Positions 57,763 through 64,000 of a stretch of DNA of 64,000 nucleotides are shown here, piece after piece. The notes under the pieces were generated by a model that saw only the letters and a program-made list of their open reading frames with translations, was not told the origin of the DNA and ran no database searches. This DNA is from Dehalococcoidia bacterium. Its GTDB lineage: Bacteria; Chloroflexota; Dehalococcoidia; Lucifugimonadales; Australimonadaceae. The first letter of the stretch is position 1. The number at the start of each line of letters is the position of its first letter. Location of the stretch: NCBI GenBank assembly GCA_965206315.1, contig OZ242210.1, forward strand, positions 1,630,724 through 1,694,723, given 5' to 3'. The position numbers were made by a program, and so were the translations under genes.

Positions 57763-58140
57763 CTACCCGCCCAGCCGCGAACGGATGACAAGCAGGATGG
57801 CGAAACCCTCCGCACCTAGGGCGAGCGAGTACCAGAGCTGGTCCGCGCCCACCGTGAGCACGAACCCGACGATGCCGGGGGCGTGCGCCAGCAGCAGGAG
57901 CGTCTGCGCGAGACCTGCGGGAGCCCGCTGGCTCGCCAGGGCGTTCGCGGTGACGAGGAGCGAGGCGACAGGCACGGCGATGCCCGTGACGATCGCCACG
58001 ATGGTCGCGAGCCGCGTGCCGAAGAACGGCTCGCTGTCGACGAGTGCGAAGTAGATCACGGCGACGGCGACGTAGACGAACGGGGCGGGCAGCATCCCCC
58101 GCACGAGCATCTGGAACCTGCGCCGCTCGATAGGATTCAT
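57763..58140 (-). CDS. Hypothetical four-TM membrane protein
   Basis: 125 aa, strongly hydrophobic, host-like codon usage. Confidence 0.65.
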   Translation of the reverse strand: MNPIERRRFQMLVRGMLPAPFVYVAVAVIYFALVDSEPFFGTRLATIVAIVTGIAVPVASLLVTANALASQRAPAGLAQTLLLLAHAPGIVGFVLTVGADQLWYSLALGAEGFAILLVIRSRLGG

Positions 58141-58171
58141 CGTGGGTGGGGTCTCCGCCCACCTCTCTCCT

Positions 58172-58299
58172 TGTCATGCTGAGCGGAGCCGAAGGCGGGA
58201 GCCTGAGGCAAAGTCGAAGCATCTCTCGGGGAACGTTCGTGAGGGCAGACGCCTGCCCGAGAGATTCCGAGCGGAGCGCAGCGGAGTCGAGGAATGACA
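58172..58299. repeat. REP-dimer/MITE-like palindromic element (TGTCAT...ATGACA)
   Basis: Terminal TGTCAT/ATGACA; inner perfect stem atctctcggg/cccgagagat; two units containing GAGCGGAGC...AGTCGA. Confidence 0.75.
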
Positions 58300-58310
58300 C
58301 TTCCTCCCGA

Positions 58311-60788
58311 TCAGTCCTTGACGACGACGCTGACGAGGTAGCGGCCGGGGACGAAGACGACCTTGTCCACGCTCTTGCCGTCCGTCCAGGCGAGCACTTT
58401 CTGCGAGGTGAGCGCGGCCTCCTTCGCGTCGCCCTCGGAGATCGAGGCGGGGACGGCGATGCGGTCGCGCACCTTGCCGTTCACCTGCACGACGAGCGTC
58501 GCCTCCTCGATGGCGGCGAGCGCCTCGTCCCACTCCGGCAGGGGCTGGTTGTGGACGCTGTACCCGTGCCCGGTGCGCTCCCAGAGCTCCTCGGCGAGGT
58601 GCGGCCCCATCGGCGCGAGCAGCAGCAGCAGCGACTCGACCGCCTCGTTCCACGCGCGGCGCGAGACGGTCCCGGCCTCGTAGGCGGGCGACATCTCGTT
58701 GGTCAACTCCATCATCGCGGCGAGCGCGGTGTTGTACTTGAAGCGCTCCAGCCCCTCGATGACCGACCGGATGGTCTGGTGCGTCTTGCGAACGACGGCG
58801 CGGTCGGAGGCGCCCTCGGACTCGGGCAGCGCGTCGGTGTCCCGCAGGCAGAGGTCCCAGAAGCGGTTCACCCATCGGGCGACGCCGTTGATGCCGGAGT
58901 CGCTCCAGTCGCCCCCGCCCTCCCACGGGCCCATGAACATCAGGTAGAGGCGCACGACGTCCGCGCCCAGCTCCTGCACGTACTCGTCAGGCGCGACGAC
59001 GTTGCCGCGGCTCTTGCTCATCTTCATGTGGTCGGAGAGCACGACGCCCTGGTTGAAGAGGCGGAGGAACGGCTCGCCGAAGTCGATGAGGCCGAGGTCG
59101 CGAACGACCTTGGTGAAGAAGCGGGCGTAGAGCAGGTGCATCACCGCGTGCTCCGCGCCGCCCGTGTACTGGTCGACCGGATTCCACGAGCCGACGCGCG
59201 CGGGGTCGAACGGGCCGTCGGCGAAGTCCGGGCTGACGTAGCGCAGGAAGTACCACGACGAGTCCACGAACGTGTCCATCGTGTCGGTCTCGCGGATCGC
59301 GGGACCGCCGCAGCGGGGGCAGGTCGTGTGCAGGAAGCCGTCGTGGTAGCGGAGCGGCGACTCGCCGGTCGGCTTGAACTGGGCGTCGTCCGGCAGCACG
59401 ACGGGGAGCTGGTCGTACGGCACGGGCTGCGCGCCGCAGTCGTCGCAGTAGACGATGGGGATGGGCGTGCCCCAGTAGCGCTGGCGGCTGATGAGCCAGT
59501 CGCGCATCCGGTAGCCGACGGCGCGCCTGCCCCAGCCCTGCTGCTCGACGTGGTCGGCGATCGCCTCGTACCCCTCCGCGTTCGGCATGCCGTTGAACTG
59601 CCCGGAGTTGACCTGCGAGCCGCTCTTCTCGACCCACGCCTCCCGGAGCGGGGCGCCGTTCCAGCCCGGCGGCGCGACGACGACGCGGATCTCCAGCCCG
59701 TATTTCAGCGCGAAGTCGAAGTCGCGGGAGTCGTGGGCGGGAACGCCCATCACCGCGCCGGTGCCGTAGGTGAGCAGCACGTAGTCGCCCACCCATATGG
59801 GCACGCGGTCGCCGTTGAGTGGGTTGACGGCGTAGGAGCCGGTGAAGACGCCGGTCTTCTCGCGCTCGACGGAGAGCCGGTCGATCTCGGTGGCCTCGCG
59901 GGCGCGAGCGACGTACGCCTCGACGGCGCCGCGCTGCTCCGGCGTCGTGAGCCGCTCGACGAGCGGGTGCTCGGGCGCGAGGACGACGAACGTGACGCCG
60001 AAGATGGTGTCGATGCGCGTGGTGAACGTCGTGATCTCGCGCTCTTCGAGGCCGTACTCCGAGATGTCGAACGAGATGTCGACTCCCTCGCTGCGGCCTA
60101 TCCAGTTCGTCTGCATCGTCTTGATGCGCTCGGGCCAGTCGACGACGCCCGAGAAGTCGAGCAGTTCGTCGGCGTAGTCGGTGATGCGGAAGAACCACTG
60201 GTCCATCTCGTGTCGGATGACGACGTCGCTGGTGCGCTCGCACTTGCCGTCGACCACCTGCTCGTTGGCGAGCACGGTCTGGCAGGTGGGGCACCAGTTG
60301 ACGGGGGCGGATGCGCGGTAGGCGAGGCCCTGCTCGTACATCTTGAGGAAGAACCACTGGTTCCAGGCGTAGTAGTCCGGCTGGCAGGTGACAACCTCCC
60401 GGTCCCAGTCGTAGACCGTGCCCATTGAGCGGAGCTGGTCGCGCATGCGGTCGATGTTCCCCATCGTCCAGATGGACGGGTGGATGCCGCGGTTGATGGC
60501 GGCGTTCTCCGCCGGGAGGCCGAACGCGTCGAACCCCATGGGGTGCAGCACGTTGTAGCCGCGCATGCGCATGAAGCGGGCGTGGGCGTCGGACGGAGCC
60601 ATGGCGTACCAGTGGCCGATGTGGAGGTCGCCGGAGGGGTAGGGGTACATGGTGAGGGCGTACCACCGTGGCCGGGGGTCGTCGTCGTTCACCTGGTAGA
60701 GGTTGTCGTCGGCCCACCGCTGCTGCCACTTGCGGTCTATCTCGCGCGGGTCGTAGCGGAGAGGGGCCATGCGCTGGCGGGTCGTCAT
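58311..60788 (-). CDS. leuS: Leucine--tRNA ligase
   Basis: PYPSGDLHIGH, GTGAVMGVPAHD, DWLISRQRYWG, KMSKS, VQVNGKVR. Confidence 0.98.
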   Translation of the reverse strand: MTTRQRMAPLRYDPREIDRKWQQRWADDNLYQVNDDDPRPRWYALTMYPYPSGDLHIGHWYAMAPSDAHARFMRMRGYNVLHPMGFDAFGLPAENAAINRGIHPSIWTMGNIDRMRDQLRSMGTVYDWDREVVTCQPDYYAWNQWFFLKMYEQGLAYRASAPVNWCPTCQTVLANEQVVDGKCERTSDVVIRHEMDQWFFRITDYADELLDFSGVVDWPERIKTMQTNWIGRSEGVDISFDISEYGLEEREITTFTTRIDTIFGVTFVVLAPEHPLVERLTTPEQRGAVEAYVARAREATEIDRLSVEREKTGVFTGSYAVNPLNGDRVPIWVGDYVLLTYGTGAVMGVPAHDSRDFDFALKYGLEIRVVVAPPGWNGAPLREAWVEKSGSQVNSGQFNGMPNAEGYEAIADHVEQQGWGRRAVGYRMRDWLISRQRYWGTPIPIVYCDDCGAQPVPYDQLPVVLPDDAQFKPTGESPLRYHDGFLHTTCPRCGGPAIRETDTMDTFVDSSWYFLRYVSPDFADGPFDPARVGSWNPVDQYTGGAEHAVMHLLYARFFTKVVRDLGLIDFGEPFLRLFNQGVVLSDHMKMSKSRGNVVAPDEYVQELGADVVRLYLMFMGPWEGGGDWSDSGINGVARWVNRFWDLCLRDTDALPESEGASDRAVVRKTHQTIRSVIEGLERFKYNTALAAMMELTNEMSPAYEAGTVSRRAWNEAVESLLLLLAPMGPHLAEELWERTGHGYSVHNQPLPEWDEALAAIEEATLVVQVNGKVRDRIAVPASISEGDAKEAALTSQKVLAWTDGKSVDKVVFVPGRYLVSVVVKD

Positions 60789-60816
60789 ACGTCGCTCCAG
60801 TAACAGGGGCTGTGGA

Positions 60817-60835
60817 GTATCAGTGTAACTGATAC
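60817..60835. promoter_or_regulatory. Palindrome upstream of leuS (operator or hairpin)
   Basis: gtatcagt-gta-actgatac; overlaps a TACACT -10-like hexamer on the minus strand. Confidence 0.4.
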
Positions 60836-60860
60836 CGCGTTCAGGCGTGGGGGGCGGGTT

Positions 60861-61417
60861 CGTCTTTCCAGCGCAGGCTGGAATTCAGGCGTGCGCGTCA
60901 GCGCACACTGCGGCTCGCAGAGAGCCGCTCGAAGCAGGATGCTTCGTCTAACTCCTCGCCATGACCTACAACTATCCCCGCCGAGAGCCTCTGCGCCCCT
61001 GCGTCTACATCCTCGCCAGCCAGCGCAACGGCACGCTCTACACCGGCGTCACCTCCAACCTTCCTCAGCGTATCTGGCAGCACAAGCAGGGTCTCGGTGA
61101 CGGCTTTACGAGCAGGTACGCCGTGCATGCGCTCGTGTGGTACGAGCAGCACGAGACGATGGTGAGCGCCATCGCGCGTGAGAAGGCGATCAAGGCGTGG
61201 CAACGGAACTGGAAGATGAGACTTATCGAGGAGTCGAACCCTGAGTGGCGGGACCTCTACGATGAGATAGGCTGACGCCCGTCCCCTCCACCACCGCATG
61301 GCCTCGCGGCCATCTGGATTCCAGCCTCCGCTGGAAAGACGGGGCTGCGCCCCACGTCCGGTTCGCCTTTACCGCGCTGGCGCGGCCTTCTGGATTCCAG
61401 CCTTCGCTGGAAAGACG
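60861..61417. mobile_element. Putative REP-flanked GIY-YIG element
   Basis: 28-bp unit CGTCTTTCCAGC-GNAG-GCTGGAATYCAG at 60861-60888 (+), 61314-61341 (-) and 61390-61417 (-), bracketing the nuclease gene. Confidence 0.65.
60961..61275 (+). CDS. GIY-YIG nuclease (small YhbQ/UPF0213-like)
   Basis: CVYILAS...GTLYTGVTSNL..RIWQHK...FTSRY...LVWYE...AIAREKAIKAW.R.WK..LIE..NPEWRDL. Confidence 0.92.
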   Translation: MTYNYPRREPLRPCVYILASQRNGTLYTGVTSNLPQRIWQHKQGLGDGFTSRYAVHALVWYEQHETMVSAIAREKAIKAWQRNWKMRLIEESNPEWRDLYDEIG

Positions 61418-61525
61418 GGGCTTGTGACACGCGCCCCTTACGCGGTTGCCCCTGTCCGTCCTACCATGGTTCCGGCTGCAAAGCAGGGAACCGGTGCGGA
61501 CCGTCTGGTGCGTTCAGGAGTGCAG

Positions 61526-61770
61526 TGTCACCGAATGTCACCAAATGTCACCGCTGGGAAGAAAGGGGGGCTGTCCCACCCGGCGCGGGGGACGCGTTCG
61601 TCAGAGGTGCGATGAGCCTGCATGAGCAGGAATGAGCCACAATTCTTCGCGGCGCACGCCTGACGACCCACCCGCAGGAATGCAGCGGCGTGGCCATCCC
61701 TGTGCATCTGCGGTCAAACGCGCGCAGGCCGTGCTCATCGCCGGTCATATGCTGCCTCATCGTGAGTCAT
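61526..61770. repeat. Clusters of 10-bp-period motifs
   Basis: TGTCACC at 61526/61536/61546; ATGAGC at 61612/61622/61632; reverse-oriented TCAT at 61735/61745/61757/61767. Confidence 0.7.
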
Positions 61771-61837
61771 CCGCCGCTGCGGTACACTCGCGCCAGCGAT
61801 GAACCAGGCCCACCCTTGATGAAGGAGGAGGCTTGTC

Positions 61838-62902
61838 ATGGGGATCCTCGAACGGACCTATGCTCCCGAGGCCGGCCCTGCGGTCGACGAGGTGCTCATC
61901 TCGTCCGACTCGCACGTGATCGAGCCCGCGGGCCTCTGGAGGGAGAACCTGCCCAAGGCGCTCCGCGACCGCGCTCCCGACCTCGGAGGAGCACGAAGGA
62001 ACGACGCTCCCGGCGGGATGGACAAGTGGGAGCGGGTCAGCGAGATGGCCCGCGACGGCGTCAGCGCCGAGGTGCTGTACCCGACGCACGGCCTGAAGAC
62101 GCTCGTCCTCGGCGACCGTGACCTCGAAGAGGCGTGCGCCAGGGTCTACAACGACTGGTTGGCGGACTACTGCTCGGCGGCGCCGGACAGGCTCATCGGC
62201 CTCGCCCTGCTCTCGACGTACCGGATCGAGGCGGCGGTCGCGGAGATGGAGCGCAGCCGCAAGGCTGGCATGGCCGGAGTCATCGTGTGGCAGGTCCCGG
62301 ACCCTGCGCTTCCCTTCACGTCGCGCCACTACGATCCCCTGTGGGCGCGCGCCCAGGAGTTGGACATGCCGGTCTCGCTGCACATCCTCAGCGGCCACGG
62401 CTACAACCTGCGGCAGTCGTTCGGCCAGGGCGAGCGGGGCATCGAACAGGAGCGGACGAGCGTCAACCTGAAGCTCGTCTACGCCATGGACGCCCTGTAC
62501 GACTTCATCTTCTCCGGCGTGCTGGAGCGCTTCCCCCGCCTCAAGCTGGTGCTCGTCGAGAACGAGATCGGCTGGCTCCCGTTCACCCTGGAGCAGTGGG
62601 ACTACTACTTCCAGCGCCACGGCACGGACCGGGCGGCGCTCGACCTGACGATGCTCCCCAGCGAGTACTTCAACCGGCAGGTGTACGCAACGTTCTTCAA
62701 CGACGCGGTGGGCGGCAGGCTCCTCTCCTGGTGGGGCGCCGACAACTGCATGTGGTCCAGCGACTACCCGCACGGCAACTCGACGTGGCCGGACTCGCGG
62801 CAGATCGTCGCGCGCGACATGGGCAGCCTGCCCGCGGACGTGCGCGCCAGACTGGTGCGCGACAACGTCTCGAAGCTGTACGGGCTCGAGGTGCCTGCCT
62901 GA
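61838..62902 (+). CDS. Amidohydrolase family protein (Amidohydro_2)
   Basis: ISSDSHVIEP, AEVLYPT, SLHI, WSSDYPH; GGAGG SD. Confidence 0.92.
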   Translation: MGILERTYAPEAGPAVDEVLISSDSHVIEPAGLWRENLPKALRDRAPDLGGARRNDAPGGMDKWERVSEMARDGVSAEVLYPTHGLKTLVLGDRDLEEACARVYNDWLADYCSAAPDRLIGLALLSTYRIEAAVAEMERSRKAGMAGVIVWQVPDPALPFTSRHYDPLWARAQELDMPVSLHILSGHGYNLRQSFGQGERGIEQERTSVNLKLVYAMDALYDFIFSGVLERFPRLKLVLVENEIGWLPFTLEQWDYYFQRHGTDRAALDLTMLPSEYFNRQVYATFFNDAVGGRLLSWWGADNCMWSSDYPHGNSTWPDSRQIVARDMGSLPADVRARLVRDNVSKLYGLEVPA

Positions 62903-62916
62903 CGGGCAGGAGGCTG

Positions 62917-62974
62917 TGAGATTCCCGCCTTCGCGGGAATGACGGGGTGGTTCGACAAGCTCACTATGAGCGGA
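62917..62974. repeat. Two adjacent REP-like units between convergent genes
   Basis: Minus strand CGTCATTCCCGC-GAAG-GCGGGAATCT (62944-62919) plus CGCTCATAGTGAGCTTGTCGAACC (62972-62949). Confidence 0.75.
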
Positions 62975-62991
62975 ACGGCGGGCGGATTGGC

Positions 62992-63999
62992 TTAGATGGC
63001 GCCGGGGCCGACGCGAATGCAGGCCGTCCAGTGGCCGGGGCTCGTCTCCTTGAGCGGCGGGATGACGGCGCGGCACTCGTCGACGGCCATGGGGCACCGC
63101 GTGTGGAAGACACACCCCTGCGGCGGGTTCTGCGGGCTGGGAATATCGCCCTGCAGCACGATGCGCTCCCGCACCTCCTCCACCCCGGGGTCAGGCACCG
63201 GCACCGCGGAGAGCAGCGCCCTGGTGTACGGGTGCTGCGGGTCCTCGTAGAGGTCGTCGCAGGGCGCGAGCTCCATCAGCCGCCCGAGGTACATGACGGC
63301 GACCCGGTCCGAGATGTGCCGCACCACGGAGAGGTCGTGCGCGATGAGGAGGTACGTGAGCCCGAACTGCTCCTGCAACTCCTGCATGAGGTTGATGATC
63401 TGCGCCTGTATCGAGACGTCGAGCGCGGAGACGGGCTCGTCGGCAACGATGAACTCGGGCTCCGCCGCGATGGCCCGGGCGATGCCGATGCGCTGGCGCT
63501 GGCCGCCGGAGAACTCGTGCGGGAAGCGGTCGGCCATGTACGGGTTGAGCCCGACGACTTCCAGCAGCTCCTGGATGCGCTCCCGCATCCGGGCCTTGCC
63601 CTGCACCAGCCCGTGGACGCTCACCGGCTCGCCGATGATGCCGGCTGCCGTCATGCGGGGGCTGAGCGACGAGTACGGGTCCTGGAAGATGGCGTTGATG
63701 CGCCTGCGCATGTTGCGCAGCTCCCGTCCGCTCAGCGTGCTCATCTCCACGCCGTCGAACTTCACCTCGCCCTCGGTCTGCTGGTGCAGCTGCAGGATGC
63801 AGCGCCCCAGCGTGCTCTTGCCGCTGCCGCTCTCACCGACGAGGCCGAGCGTCTCGCCGCGCTGTATCGTGAGCGACACGTCGTCCACGGCCTTGACCTC
63901 GCCGATGCGCTTCTTGAACACGATGCCGGACGTGACCGGGAAGTACTTCTTCACCCGGCTCACTTCGACGAGGGGAGTTTCCGCTCCGGTAGTCGTCAT
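62992..63999 (-). CDS. Oligopeptide/dipeptide ABC transporter ATP-binding protein (OppF/DppF type)
   Basis: [41 protein letters not shown]; start lies at the window edge. Confidence 0.93.
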   Translation of the reverse strand: MTTTGAETPLVEVSRVKKYFPVTSGIVFKKRIGEVKAVDDVSLTIQRGETLGLVGESGSGKSTLGRCILQLHQQTEGEVKFDGVEMSTLSGRELRNMRRRINAIFQDPYSSLSPRMTAAGIIGEPVSVHGLVQGKARMRERIQELLEVVGLNPYMADRFPHEFSGGQRQRIGIARAIAAEPEFIVADEPVSALDVSIQAQIINLMQELQEQFGLTYLLIAHDLSVVRHISDRVAVMYLGRLMELAPCDDLYEDPQHPYTRALLSAVPVPDPGVEEVRERIVLQGDIPSPQNPPQGCVFHTRCPMAVDECRAVIPPLKETSPGHWTACIRVGPGAI

Positions 64000-64000
64000 G

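Noticed and set aside
57701-58300. N-terminal extension of the AAA_21 ATPase (581-aa ORF)
   Set aside because: It runs through the REP element and another gene in a different frame; the family-typical start is MYISKL at 57700.
51560-60428. Long alternative-frame or antisense ORFs (51560..54196, 58146..60428, 58987..60729; similarly 40099..42534, 18995..21103, 15119..16897)
   Set aside because: They overlap well-supported genes and have the Arg/Gly/Pro-rich composition typical of GC-driven stop-codon avoidance.
60789-60960. T-box riboswitch upstream of leuS
   Set aside because: The leader is short and no T-box consensus or antiterminator was visible.
61314-61417. Two 28-bp palindromic direct repeats with a 48-nt spacer, resembling a mini CRISPR array
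   Set aside because: Only two copies, a third inverted copy lies on the other side of the nuclease gene, the loops differ, and no cas genes are present; this fits REP elements better.

Overview
GC-rich bacterial chromosome segment. Pro/Thr-linker lipoproteins and expanded Rieske/amidohydrolase paralog sets suggest Chloroflexota, Dehalococcoidia/SAR202-like (inference only). 1-32 kb is a large catabolic island for aromatic or N-heterocyclic compounds. It encodes a 4,5-dihydroxyphthalate decarboxylase-like protein, three Rieske oxygenase alpha subunits with no reductase in the window, a LigB-type dioxygenase, a bicupin, five Amidohydro_2 enzymes (a sixth lies at 61.8 kb), three Zn dehydrogenases, an amidase, a cyclic amidohydrolase, ABC and TTT transporters, and a lipoprotein made of Cys-less cupredoxin-like repeats. 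32-64 kb is mostly housekeeping and DNA repair (AlkD-like, TM0106-type nuclease, etfBA, mfd, EF-G paralog, SbcC-like, leuS) with several oddities: an intact solitary HK97-type portal gene, an AT-richer ABC-ATPase + TOPRIM/DUF4276-like gene pair (defence candidate), a small GIY-YIG nuclease gene bracketed by inverted 28-bp CGTC-tagged palindromic repeats with covarying relatives elsewhere in the window, and 10-bp-phased motif clusters in two intergenic regions. No rRNA, tRNA or CRISPR array was seen. Products are called from motifs recognised by eye; no database search was run.
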